A DNA stretch of 64,000 bases from Candidatus Thorarchaeota archaeon (GTDB lineage: Archaea > Asgardarchaeota > Thorarchaeia > Thorarchaeales > Thorarchaeaceae): assembly GCA_003345545.1 (NCBI GenBank), contig PRDH01000076.1, positions 1-64,000 on the forward strand, in the 5' to 3' direction. The notes under the pieces are model-generated. The model saw nothing but the letters and a program-made list of their open reading frames with translations. It was not told where the DNA came from and did no database searches. Shown here in pieces: positions 37,389 through 46,862 of the stretch (the stretch's first letter is position 1; each line of letters starts with the position of its first letter). The position numbers and the translations under genes were made by a program.

Positions 37389-37673
37389 TTATCTCCTCGA
37401 AGGGCGCTTGGAGAAATACTCTGTCAACTCAATCTGCTGGAATGGAGTGATTCTCCAGCCCCTACCTTTCATATTCCGTTCAACAGCTTCCTCTCGCTCC
37501 ATATTCTTGAGATGATAGAGAACAGTGGAGGAAGTGACACCAACATTCTTCGAAATCGTTGTAGTAGTGCTCCATTCTTCCTTGCCGATATTATCCAATA
37601 TCTTGGACCGCATGAGTAGGCCGCGTGGCACATTACGAAGACGTAGTAAATAGGCAAGACGATGAATAGTCAG
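37389..37673 (-). CDS. Small winged-HTH DNA-binding protein
   Basis: RSKILD...TISKNVGVTSSTVLYHLKNMERE..V; probable extension to CTG at 37673 (TIHRLAYLLRLRNVPRG). Confidence 0.75.
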   Translation of the reverse strand: MTIHRLAYLLRLRNVPRGLLMRSKILDNIGKEEWSTTTTISKNVGVTSSTVLYHLKNMEREEAVERNMKGRGWRITPFQQIELTEYFSKRPSRR

Positions 37674-37721
37674 AGTCCGACACCATCAAGAACTATGTAG
37701 AAATCGACTTTGAACTTTTGG

Positions 37722-38000
37722 TTACTTCAAGGGCGTACCGATAAGATGGACAAATGCTGCTGGTTCGTTGCCCTCTGAAATAGGCCGTATCCTATAGCTT
37801 GGATATGTATGGCTGAGTTTCGCTGCCACTCGCGTGCCCAGCAGTTTCTCAAAGATTGCAGCATTCCTGCCTCGCCAGAGATAGATTGTCTTGGTCTCAT
37901 GGACGATGTACACTAGCACCTTGTTCGTATCAACTATTACTCTGTCACCATGGAACTCTACCATCTTTGCCTGCGAGTCAATCTCGAATGCTTCGACCAT
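37722..38000 (-). CDS. Single-domain gelsolin-like protein (ProGel/1DGel type)
   Basis: TIYLWRGRNA..FEK....VA..L......I..ISEGNEPAAF matches the gelsolin repeat consensus I[YF].W.G...EG.E...F. Confidence 0.8.
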   Translation of the reverse strand: MVEAFEIDSQAKMVEFHGDRVIVDTNKVLVYIVHETKTIYLWRGRNAAIFEKLLGTRVAAKLSHTYPSYRIRPISEGNEPAAFVHLIGTPLK

Positions 38001-38146
38001 TATACTCCTGCCTCGAATGTGCTTACTACCCTATATGACATTTTGGTGCGAGTCCTTCGATGTCCAACATATCGTTATATCCGAACAAATATCATACAAG
38101 ACTACAAATTCAGAAACTAGAAATAAAGAGGCAGAGTGAGCGCCGC

Positions 38147-38860
38147 TTGTCAGGGATAAAATTCATTGACAGGGAAATCAGAAGGATTGATTTCAACATC
38201 GGAGGACTGACTGTATCATTCCCCCTGAATGCCATTCCAGATCAGGTCTATGATGCCATGGCAAATGCAGTAAACAAGTCAGCAGATCAATCGGATACCA
38301 TGAACGAACTGTACTCCTCACCGCTCATGAAGCCAACTGTGGCAACATTAAACGCATCGAATATCTTCCCAATAAACACAGCAAAGAAAGTCATAAGGCT
38401 GACACTCACTGATGAGGTTCTTCAAGAAACGATACATGAGCTTGAGGGCGCCGAGCTATCTTTCCAAGGTCGTCCATTCGAGGAAACATTAGACGAGAGA
38501 ATCGAGCTATATCAGAGGGTAATGCTGGATGACCGTAAGATTGACAGGTTCAGATTTGGTGCAGTCGAGATGTACGGTGACCGGACCTATCAGAATATTC
38601 TTAGAGACCCTCGCGTGACGCTCAATATGTATTGGACTCAGAAGCAGAAGCCTCAAGCTATAAGCTACCAGTTCAATTGCGTTGCCGAAATAGTCCCTCC
38701 TGGCACTCCGTTCTATCGATATATGCGCCTGATGCGGAGAATCTTCAGCTCAACAATCATCGACTTGCATGACGTACCTGATTATGTCTGCGCTTACAAA
38801 TTCTGGGTCTGTGAATCAAAGGAAAAATCGCTTGCGGAGAAAGCAGGCTTCGTTCCATGA
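38147..38860 (+). CDS. PNPOx-like split-barrel (flavin-binding) protein
   Basis: TYQNILRDPRVTL...SYQFNCVAEIV; start at TTG 38147 inferred. Confidence 0.6.
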   Translation: MSGIKFIDREIRRIDFNIGGLTVSFPLNAIPDQVYDAMANAVNKSADQSDTMNELYSSPLMKPTVATLNASNIFPINTAKKVIRLTLTDEVLQETIHELEGAELSFQGRPFEETLDERIELYQRVMLDDRKIDRFRFGAVEMYGDRTYQNILRDPRVTLNMYWTQKQKPQAISYQFNCVAEIVPPGTPFYRYMRLMRRIFSSTIIDLHDVPDYVCAYKFWVCESKEKSLAEKAGFVP

Positions 38861-38861
38861 G

Positions 38862-41399
38862 TCAATAATTGGTGACCCTGAGTAGTTTGGCTGGCAATTC
38901 GTCAACCGAACAGACATCCAATAGGACACCATGAGCTTTCTTCACCAAACTGGAGGCTGCCTCCTTGTTGTGCTCATGAGTAGGAACAAGTACAATCATC
39001 TTTATTCCCAGAGGTTTCATCCTCTCTGCAAGATCTTCGCACATTTGCTGGTCACTGAGATACATGTCAGTGCCGAAAATGAATATCTTCTCCTTGGCTC
39101 GGGTGTCCTGGAAATTCCGGAGAGCAATCTTCATTGACTCTTGACCACCTGTACCTCCACCAGCTTTCACCTCAAGAAGGTCCGAGGCAACTTTTTCAAC
39201 AGATACATTACGATCGGCGATATCTTTGACGACATAAGTAGAGCTGTCAAATAAGACAACTCCGAAATCGTCCTTCCTTATGCCATAGAGGCCGGCCATC
39301 ACGGAGATTGCAAGCATTCCAAGTTTCTTTGGCGAGTCCATTGAGCCACTCTTATCTAAAGCCCAAAAGAAGGCACGATGGCCCATATAGGTCTCAGACA
39401 CGAGAAAGTCAGAAGTTTCGACAATCCCAAAGTCCGTACGACCTTGAGAGAGGAGAAAATCAATGGTTTCCTCAAGGTCAATGAGATCCATGTCATCGCC
39501 AATTCTGAATGGTCTGACTGTAGTGGACTCCTGTATCCCACCAAGCATGCTGCTGCCCATGGTCTGCCTAGCATACCTCATTCCCAGGTCAATAAGAAGT
39601 CGCCCTGCAATGTCATGCAGTTTCTGTTTGAGCTCAAGAGGTAGTTCATCCCTATAGGCGTACCAAATCCTTATGATGTTCGTTGCAGGGCCTGCCAAGA
39701 GACCTCCCATTACCATGTTAGCCCTATCCTTGTCATATGGTTGAGCATGTGCGCCGGATTCAGAAGGCCGGTAGCTGTACCTCCGACTCTGCATTCCCGA
39801 TCCTTGTGTGCCCAGCGCCGCATGGAGGTCTTCATGGGCCACCGCACCGAGGGCGCTCTGATTGCCCATCTGCATGGCTATGTTTCCAAGTTGCTGTAGC
39901 TGCTGTCGGTTCAGTCCTGCCGAAGACATAAGATTGTGCAATCTCTCGAAATCATCCAATCCCGACTGTATGAGCTTCTTTATGACTTCAAATGAGGGAT
40001 TGATAAGTTCTAGTATCTCCTCCTCGTTCATGCCGAGTTTCGAACCGGCTCTCCGAATAGCATCAGCTGAAGGAGCCTGTCCCAGTCTTGAAACATGTTT
40101 CACTGTCTGCCTGAGATGCTGTTTAGTTGGAGACCTCTCAACAGCTCCGTCAGCCAACTTGCTCATGGCACTGTCCCATTGTTGCATGGTCGTCTTGTCA
40201 GAAAGATGCTGGCGAAGCGATTGATTCTGAGAAAGAGCTGATCTAAGAAAGTCTGAGGGGGAAGAACGAGAGTCTGCACTCTCAATTAGGCTCTGGATCA
40301 GTCTACTCAACAAGCTCTGCCAATTCGTGTTCGCACGAGCATTCTCAGCTAGCTGCCGAATATCCACCCTGTTACTTGCTCCAGAATCGAATAGCTGATC
40401 GTACTGCTCAAGGAGGTCATCCATGATGTCCATTCCCGTTGCATCCTTTATCTTCTGAGCGAAGGCTGCCGCATCACTCAGCGAAAACTGCCTTGGAGCA
40501 TCATTGGTGAATTTGTCCAGATTATCGGGAACTCGCCCTAGTTCTCTGGCATAGTCTGCGGCATCACTCAGATTGTCAATAGCATCCTGGAGCTTCTGGC
40601 TCATTGCCTCTTGTTGTTCGCTTGTCAGCGATCCAAGCTCCTCCATATGCCTCAGGGCACGCGCTGCTGTTGTCGTGTCTCGCTCAGCCAATTTCGCAAA
40701 ACGCTCTTCAATGTCTTGGTCTCCTCTAAGAGAACTTGCCGCAATCTGTTCAGCAGCATTAGGTGAATTACAGACTTCATCAAGACAGTCTAATGCTCGC
40801 GAATTCTCGAAGTCCTTTGTTGAGAGGCCTCCGAAAAGTCCCACGAGCTCGCGACCCGCCATTTCCTTGAGCTCACGGTCACTTGTTACGCCTCGAAGAA
40901 CAATATCACCATCAGTGAGATAGTCGCGAGCAGCATCATAGAGGCTCTTGTTTCGCTTCTTCCGCAGCTTGAGAAGGTACTCGTATCCTGCCTCGACTCT
41001 ATCCTTCCTGATAGCCTTCGCAAGTTCCTGTTCGCGCCTGATTTGGTCCATGACTCTTGACAGCGCATCAGTCGTCCCCTGCTGTTTGCCAACCTGTTGT
41101 TGGTCAGGTGGTATCTTCTTATTCTCAATCTCGCGACCAAGGAGGATGTCCTCAGCAACTTCTCTCGCAATCACTTGGTCAGGTGGAAAAGTCGTATAGA
41201 CGGCCGCATCCAGAAAGTCTTCCAGGGACAGTCGCCCATTCCGAAAGTAACGGGCTAATAGGAGTTGGGGAATGGACTGAGTCTGACGGATACTAGGCCT
41301 CCTAGTCACATCTTTCCTCATTCGCATCTGTTCTGTGAACTCTTGGGCGAAGATAGGCGCACTGCTTGGAAGAGGAGACATCTTGGGCTGGGCTGCCAT
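38862..41399 (-). CDS. Large VWA-domain protein (CoxE-like partner of MoxR)
   Basis: RPF..GD...IDLEETI, ALDKSGSM MIDAS motif, GGT, TD. Confidence 0.85.
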   Translation of the reverse strand: MAAQPKMSPLPSSAPIFAQEFTEQMRMRKDVTRRPSIRQTQSIPQLLLARYFRNGRLSLEDFLDAAVYTTFPPDQVIAREVAEDILLGREIENKKIPPDQQQVGKQQGTTDALSRVMDQIRREQELAKAIRKDRVEAGYEYLLKLRKKRNKSLYDAARDYLTDGDIVLRGVTSDRELKEMAGRELVGLFGGLSTKDFENSRALDCLDEVCNSPNAAEQIAASSLRGDQDIEERFAKLAERDTTTAARALRHMEELGSLTSEQQEAMSQKLQDAIDNLSDAADYARELGRVPDNLDKFTNDAPRQFSLSDAAAFAQKIKDATGMDIMDDLLEQYDQLFDSGASNRVDIRQLAENARANTNWQSLLSRLIQSLIESADSRSSPSDFLRSALSQNQSLRQHLSDKTTMQQWDSAMSKLADGAVERSPTKQHLRQTVKHVSRLGQAPSADAIRRAGSKLGMNEEEILELINPSFEVIKKLIQSGLDDFERLHNLMSSAGLNRQQLQQLGNIAMQMGNQSALGAVAHEDLHAALGTQGSGMQSRRYSYRPSESGAHAQPYDKDRANMVMGGLLAGPATNIIRIWYAYRDELPLELKQKLHDIAGRLLIDLGMRYARQTMGSSMLGGIQESTTVRPFRIGDDMDLIDLEETIDFLLSQGRTDFGIVETSDFLVSETYMGHRAFFWALDKSGSMDSPKKLGMLAISVMAGLYGIRKDDFGVVLFDSSTYVVKDIADRNVSVEKVASDLLEVKAGGGTGGQESMKIALRNFQDTRAKEKIFIFGTDMYLSDQQMCEDLAERMKPLGIKMIVLVPTHEHNKEAASSLVKKAHGVLLDVCSVDELPAKLLRVTNY

Positions 41400-41404
41400 T
41401 CGGA

Positions 41405-42313
41405 CTAGCTCCCGAGGCTCGTTCGGACAAGGGAGTTCACAGCTGGCTCTGCATCAATCCCCGGCCTGAAGCGAAGAGCACCTAGAAGCACATGCGTTGC
41501 TGCCGACGACAGAGTGGCATGCGAGATGTTCTTCTCTTTCTGGCGCTTTGTCATTTCAGCGGACAGGCGAGCAATAGAGATGCCTGCCCGGATGCTTGCA
41601 GGAGTCTCAATATCGGTGCTCATGCGCGTGGCGGACACTAGCCCATAGATCTTCTCCAAGATGGCATCAGATAGCTCGTACTCGGGGCTGTTCATTTTGA
41701 TGATCTCAAGTTCTGTTTCCTTTCGTGGGTAACTGAGCCGAATCCAGACTCGGATTCGGTCTCTCAGCGCCTCGCTCAGTCTATGAGCTCCACTCATCTC
41801 CTCTGGATTCATTGTGAGCACAGGAAAGAATCCCTCATTTGCCTTGATTCTGCCCAAACGTTGCACACTTATCGAACCCTCCTCAAATGGATCTAATAGC
41901 GAATTCTGAACGTATTCGCTGAGTCGGTTCCCTTCATTCAGACCGAAGACGCCCCCAAATACCATGCTCCTTAGCAACGGACCTGGCTCAAATGCTTCAA
42001 GGGTGAATCCCTTGTTGAGGACTATGCTTGGATTGAAAGCTCCGATGAGGTGAGAAGGCCGTACACCCTCATCTCCAGTTATCCAATAGAGGTCGCGTCC
42101 TGTCTTCTCAGCATAGGCTCGCAGAATCAGCGTCTTTCCGACCCCAGGCGGACCAACTATTCCAGGAATCAGATGTGCGTTCTCGCAATCCTCCAGAACA
42201 TCAAAGGCATCGGCATACTGCTCCTTTATGACTATCCGGACCTTCTCCTTCTGAGCTGCATCCAATCGTTCTTCGAAGCTTTTCTTGAATCGTGTCATCT
42301 CAGTGTGCAACAT
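41405..42313 (-). CDS. MoxR-family AAA+ ATPase
   Basis: GPPGVGKT, LNEGNR, QNSLL, TMNP, LSEALRDR, SIRA. Confidence 0.9.
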   Translation of the reverse strand: MLHTEMTRFKKSFEERLDAAQKEKVRIVIKEQYADAFDVLEDCENAHLIPGIVGPPGVGKTLILRAYAEKTGRDLYWITGDEGVRPSHLIGAFNPSIVLNKGFTLEAFEPGPLLRSMVFGGVFGLNEGNRLSEYVQNSLLDPFEEGSISVQRLGRIKANEGFFPVLTMNPEEMSGAHRLSEALRDRIRVWIRLSYPRKETELEIIKMNSPEYELSDAILEKIYGLVSATRMSTDIETPASIRAGISIARLSAEMTKRQKEKNISHATLSSAATHVLLGALRFRPGIDAEPAVNSLVRTSLGS

Positions 42314-42414
42314 AGTGCCCCCGTTATGTCATGATAGAGGAGTGTTAGTGAGAGATATCGTTTTCACTCTCACAGGTCGATTGATAAGGGTTACTTCTGA
42401 TGCAGCACTGCATA

Positions 42415-43407
42415 TCAAGCAGTGCCTAGTTCAGGATAGGCATAGAGGGCTGGCTGCCCTCCTGTATGCCAAAACACTGTGGGGGAGTCCGATGGAATGT
42501 CGCCATTCAGTGCCATTCTCACGAGGGCGAGACCAGCCTTTCCTGTATAGACAGGGTCGAGGATTATTCCGTCCATCTTGGCGAACATCCCAAGACTAGT
42601 CCTGACGCCGTCACTTAGCACGCCATATCCCTCACCTATGTAGGTGTCATCGACCAGGACATTCGGCTTGAAGCTGCCTACCTCAGGATACTCATCTATG
42701 ACGCGAGAGATCAGGCTACACACTCGATCACGAGTCGTTTCTGCATCACTCAGAACACTCACTCCGACTATTTCCACATTAAGATCGAGCATATGAGCAC
42801 CAATGATGAGGCCTGCGAGGGTGCCACCAGTTCCGGTGGCGACTAGGATTCTATCAGGAAGGAATCCCTCCTTTTGGGCCTGAACCTGGAGTTCTTCCAT
42901 GGCTATTGCGTAGGCAATTGCGCCAACAGGCATTTCTGCACCTGCGGGAACTGCATATGGATTCAGACCAAAGTCCTTCAGAGTTTCTACCACCTCATCA
43001 AGTCGCGTCTTCAGGGTCAGAACGCTTTCGTCAGGGTAGAACTTCAATTCAGCACCAAGCAACTTGTCCAGGAGCAGGTTGCCAGTGTAGTTTGGGGGTT
43101 CCTTACCTCCAAGGAGAAGGATACAGCGTAGACCTGCTATTGCGCAAGCTGCTGCTGTCTGCCTGCAGTGGTTACTTTGCACGCCACCCACCGTGACAAT
43201 TGTATCTGCTCGGTTCTTTCGAGCATCACCTAGTACGAATTCGAGTTTTCGAGCCTTGTTGCCTCCAAGGGATAGGCCAGTCTGATCATCACGTTTTATC
43301 CACAACTCTTCTAGGCCGATTGAATTGCCAAGGTTCTTCAGTCTGTGAAGGGGAGTGGGCAAGAACGCAAGCCTCTCACGGGGCAGAGAGTCGAACAACT
43401 CAACCAC
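42415..43407 (-). CDS. D-cysteine desulfhydrase/ACC deaminase family PLP enzyme
   Basis: PTPL, IKRDD, GGNKARKLEF, QSNHCR, LDPVYTGKA, FWHTGG. Confidence 0.9.
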   Translation of the reverse strand: MVELFDSLPRERLAFLPTPLHRLKNLGNSIGLEELWIKRDDQTGLSLGGNKARKLEFVLGDARKNRADTIVTVGGVQSNHCRQTAAACAIAGLRCILLLGGKEPPNYTGNLLLDKLLGAELKFYPDESVLTLKTRLDEVVETLKDFGLNPYAVPAGAEMPVGAIAYAIAMEELQVQAQKEGFLPDRILVATGTGGTLAGLIIGAHMLDLNVEIVGVSVLSDAETTRDRVCSLISRVIDEYPEVGSFKPNVLVDDTYIGEGYGVLSDGVRTSLGMFAKMDGIILDPVYTGKAGLALVRMALNGDIPSDSPTVFWHTGGQPALYAYPELGTA

Positions 43408-44104
43408 CAGCTCCTGTCACCCATGAAACAACATACATCAACGCGGCAGTGATGATTCCAGCAAAGAGTGTCTTGGCGCCATAGCTCCAAATATTCTTCT
43501 TGGAGACTGCGCCCAGGAATAATCCGAGTAGGAATAGTATAACCATACAGATGCCTACTGATAGATAGAGAGCCACGTTATAGTCTAGGTAACCAGCAGG
43601 CACAAAGAGAAGTGGTATGATGATGAGAAAAGCTGCGACTGCTGGGGAAGCTCCATCAACTATGGCCACTACGACAGATGTAGTCCTTCCAGCTCTTGCA
43701 TACATTGAGTCGCTCATATCTGTCAACATCGCACGACCCAGATTCTCGACTTCGCGATCGCGCTCAGCACTCTCAGCTAGATATGAGCCACTAAAGCCAG
43801 AAACGGCCATAGCAATACTCGTTCCGAATGCGGCCAACAGAATTGCGGCAAAACCAGGTTCTGGATTGGACGGATTGATTGTGAGAAGACCACCCAAGAC
43901 TAACCCCAGCATAGTGAGTGCTCCATCAAAAGCATTCATTGCCAGATATCTTCGGGCAATCTCCACGCCACGAGTGAGCTCCAATGCCCTCATGACTCGA
44001 TGAATAAGCCCACCTTCACGAGCTGCATGCTGTCCTTCTTTGTCGTGAGCGTCAACCAAGGGAGATGTTTCTCCGTTAATGGATTTGAGTTCCCCTACCT
44101 GCAC
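43400..44104 (-). CDS. VIT1/CCC1 family (TIGR00267-like) membrane protein
   Basis: ARRYLAMNAFDGALT, SG.Y.AE.AER, DGASP. Confidence 0.8.
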   Translation of the reverse strand: MQVGELKSINGETSPLVDAHDKEGQHAAREGGLIHRVMRALELTRGVEIARRYLAMNAFDGALTMLGLVLGGLLTINPSNPEPGFAAILLAAFGTSIAMAVSGFSGSYLAESAERDREVENLGRAMLTDMSDSMYARAGRTTSVVVAIVDGASPAVAAFLIIIPLLFVPAGYLDYNVALYLSVGICMVILFLLGLFLGAVSKKNIWSYGAKTLFAGIITAALMYVVSWVTGAGG

Positions 44105-44160
44105 TCAGTTATAAGCTAGATGGCAGCAGCTGCTGGGATTCATAATCTGAACGAACCCTT

Positions 44161-44352
44161 CTAGGGCAGCCAGCCAAACAGACCGGACCATGGGCCATAT
44201 ATCCCAATCAGTACGAGGAGTACGATGATAAGGATGGCAAAGCATAGTAAATACAGCCAGCACTCGCAGATTCGTTGACAACAGCCCTTCTTAGCAACAG
44301 GCTGCGGGGGTTGTTTGGATCCATAATCACCGGGCATTGGAATCTCAGTCAT
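44161..44352 (-). CDS. Small Pro/Gln-rich, Cys-rich single-pass membrane peptide
   Basis: GAGGT upstream; QPPQPVAKKGCCQRICECW followed by a TM. Confidence 0.65.
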   Translation of the reverse strand: MTEIPMPGDYGSKQPPQPVAKKGCCQRICECWLYLLCFAILIIVLLVLIGIYGPWSGLFGWLP

Positions 44353-44523
44353 TCTTACGACCTCATTTCATCAGGCAACTTCAGGGACCGATGCACATGC
44401 CCCTCTTATGAGGATTGCTTGCGTCTACTGTCCATGCAACGCTGGCCCAGTTGGCCAAGCAATTCGCAGGCGCAGATGTTTTAAGCCTCCGAAAGGAAGG
44501 AATAACATTCTGTGTAGCGTGAT

Positions 44524-45999
44524 TTGAGGAGAAGTGCTTTGCCAGAGAAAGACAAGGTCTACACGATATTTGACAGACCCAGAGGACTCAGATTCATTGG
44601 CCTCCTGCAGATGGCATTTGGAGTGGTGGGTCTGCTAGCGACAATAGGACTTGTCGTTGCCTCCTTCTTCGGAAGCTCTGAGCTACCTGGTGGAATTGGG
44701 TATGTGTATGCACTTCTATTGTTCGTTGGCGTTTCACTGCCATGCCTGACTATAGGGAACTACGTTGACGACCTCAGAAGAAATGCAGTCATTGCTCAGA
44801 TCATATACAGTCTTGCGGCAATGGGTTTGGTGGGTCTGTTTCTCTTCATGCGCGGCCTCCAATACATGTGGACAGTTCCCCTCTTTGAATTCGAGATTGT
44901 GGTGGCTATTGGCAATCTCTCCGCGCTGATAGTAGTCAGTCAGGCATTCGTCATTCTTTATCTGATCCTTGCTTGGAGTAATATTGTACCGCCGGCAGGT
45001 GCCAAAGTCATTAGAGATAGAGGTGAGGCGAGGAGATACGAACGAGGGTTGGTACCGCTGCCATTCACACCTGCTGTACTCGCTTCGGACGGAATGACAG
45101 AACTCTCTGAGGAGGACTCTAGACGTGTGCTCGATGTCCGGAAGGAGTTCACTGCTGAAGGCATGGCCGTCCTCTGTTCCAATTGTGGGGGAGCAACACC
45201 CCTAACGAAAGTCAACAGGAATAGGCTTGTCTGCGATTTCTGCGGAGTCACGCTTGGAGTGAGCAGCATCTTCGTCCCATGTGAGAATCATCCAGAGTAC
45301 TTGGCTGCAACAACATGCGCTGTGTGTGGGAACCATTTCTGCAGAAAGTGCCTAACGGCCCAGGAACCACCTGTCGATACCCGCTGGGCAGGTTCTACAA
45401 TCTTTATGTGTCGAAATTGCTTCGAGGGAAGATACCGGCCAGCTGTCACTACCACATCTCTTGTCATACCGGTTGACAAGCTATTCTCGACAGCAGGTGC
45501 GAGGTTCTCCAAAGTCGGAGGAATCTATAGGCGTTTTCTGGGAGCATATGGCGGCGTGATGAAACATCTCTGGCGGCTCCCGCTTGAAATGCTGAGCGCC
45601 ATAGGCAAAGGCGGCGGAGGCGGGGGCAATGATAATTGCGCGGGCGCTCTGATTATGATGGTCATCATAATCATAGCCATTCCACTTATCGCGGGATTAT
45701 TACTACTTGCTGGGGCGATTGTCATAATCCCATTTTTGTTCTATGCAGGTCTCATCGCAGTGACCATTGAGGCCATCAAGGTCATCAGGAAAACAGACTT
45801 CCAATCCATTGATGTAGTCCGAATTCAGAGCATAGTCGAAAAGAAGATGCCAAAGCAGAAGGAGTCCAAACTCAGACCAGCCACCAGGTCATGGGAAGCC
45901 AGTGCCATGGATGTGGCATGGACGCGGCGCGATGAAGAACGACGCCGGAGGTCTGAAGGCAAACAGCCGGCTCAGTCGTTCTGGGAGGAGAGATATTGA
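44524..45999 (+). CDS. Membrane protein with Zn ribbon and B-box-like finger
   Basis: 4 N-terminal TMs; CSNC..CDFC; CENH..CAVC..FCRKC..CRNC; Gly run; C-terminal TM. Confidence 0.75.
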   Translation: MRRSALPEKDKVYTIFDRPRGLRFIGLLQMAFGVVGLLATIGLVVASFFGSSELPGGIGYVYALLLFVGVSLPCLTIGNYVDDLRRNAVIAQIIYSLAAMGLVGLFLFMRGLQYMWTVPLFEFEIVVAIGNLSALIVVSQAFVILYLILAWSNIVPPAGAKVIRDRGEARRYERGLVPLPFTPAVLASDGMTELSEEDSRRVLDVRKEFTAEGMAVLCSNCGGATPLTKVNRNRLVCDFCGVTLGVSSIFVPCENHPEYLAATTCAVCGNHFCRKCLTAQEPPVDTRWAGSTIFMCRNCFEGRYRPAVTTTSLVIPVDKLFSTAGARFSKVGGIYRRFLGAYGGVMKHLWRLPLEMLSAIGKGGGGGGNDNCAGALIMMVIIIIAIPLIAGLLLLAGAIVIIPFLFYAGLIAVTIEAIKVIRKTDFQSIDVVRIQSIVEKKMPKQKESKLRPATRSWEASAMDVAWTRRDEERRRRSEGKQPAQSFWEERY

Positions 46000-46826
46000 G
46001 CGCAACGCCAGATATGATTAGCTGCCCTGTCTGCGGTGGCAAGGTGCTCATTGAATTTGATGACAAGGTCAGTCACTGTGGGTACTGCGCAAGCCCAGTC
46101 CTAGGGCCAAGCCAGAGCAGGAACTGCACAAACCATCCCGATGTTCTAGCAAAGGAGGTATGCCATGTCTGCGGTGATCTTCTCTGTGAGGAGTGCGTGG
46201 AAAAACGAGTCGGTGACTATGGCGGTAAGCTACTGACTATCGTGAACTGCACCAGACCAGACTGCATTGCTGCAAGCGATTGGGCCAAACCACTCAATGA
46301 AGAATACCAACGGTTGGCAAATATGGAATGGGCGGACAGAGCGGACAATATCATCCTTCGAGTCACCGGAGGAGGGGCGGTGATAATGATGATCTTTGAA
46401 CTCATCTTCATTCTAGGGATGCTCTTTATGCAGTATTTCACTTCCCTAGGCAGTCTATTTCCAACATGGGTAGTAGCTGGTGTGGTGATTCCAGGACTTC
46501 CCATCATTGTTCTTATGGTCATGGGCAACTTGCTTGCAGCATTTCTGCTTCAGACTGCTCTTCAGGTGTATGTTCATGAGCGCCAGCTGGGGTCCGGGGT
46601 ACTTCTCTTGTTCGTGTTGATAATCGAAGCGGTTTTTCTCCTCTGGAGAGGACTGTACTTCAATCTCCGTCAGCTTCCAGATCCCACATTCCTCCTGACA
46701 TTGCTCTCGGCGTTCATAATAGGAGCATTTCTGATACTGATTGGTTCTATTGGAGCCATCTACATTGGAAACAAGAAACGGATTCAGCTGAAGAGGGCAA
46801 GAGAGAAGCTCGGACTCTCTGCATAG
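45996..46826 (+). CDS. Zn ribbon plus B-box-like finger, 4-TM membrane protein
   Basis: CPVC..CGYC; CTNH..CHVC..LCEEC..C...DC; overlaps previous stop (TTGA). Confidence 0.75.
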   Translation: MSATPDMISCPVCGGKVLIEFDDKVSHCGYCASPVLGPSQSRNCTNHPDVLAKEVCHVCGDLLCEECVEKRVGDYGGKLLTIVNCTRPDCIAASDWAKPLNEEYQRLANMEWADRADNIILRVTGGGAVIMMIFELIFILGMLFMQYFTSLGSLFPTWVVAGVVIPGLPIIVLMVMGNLLAAFLLQTALQVYVHERQLGSGVLLLFVLIIEAVFLLWRGLYFNLRQLPDPTFLLTLLSAFIIGAFLILIGSIGAIYIGNKKRIQLKRAREKLGLSA

Positions 46827-46862
46827 TTCCTAGCAAGTGACAGTCATCCACGGATTGAGATT

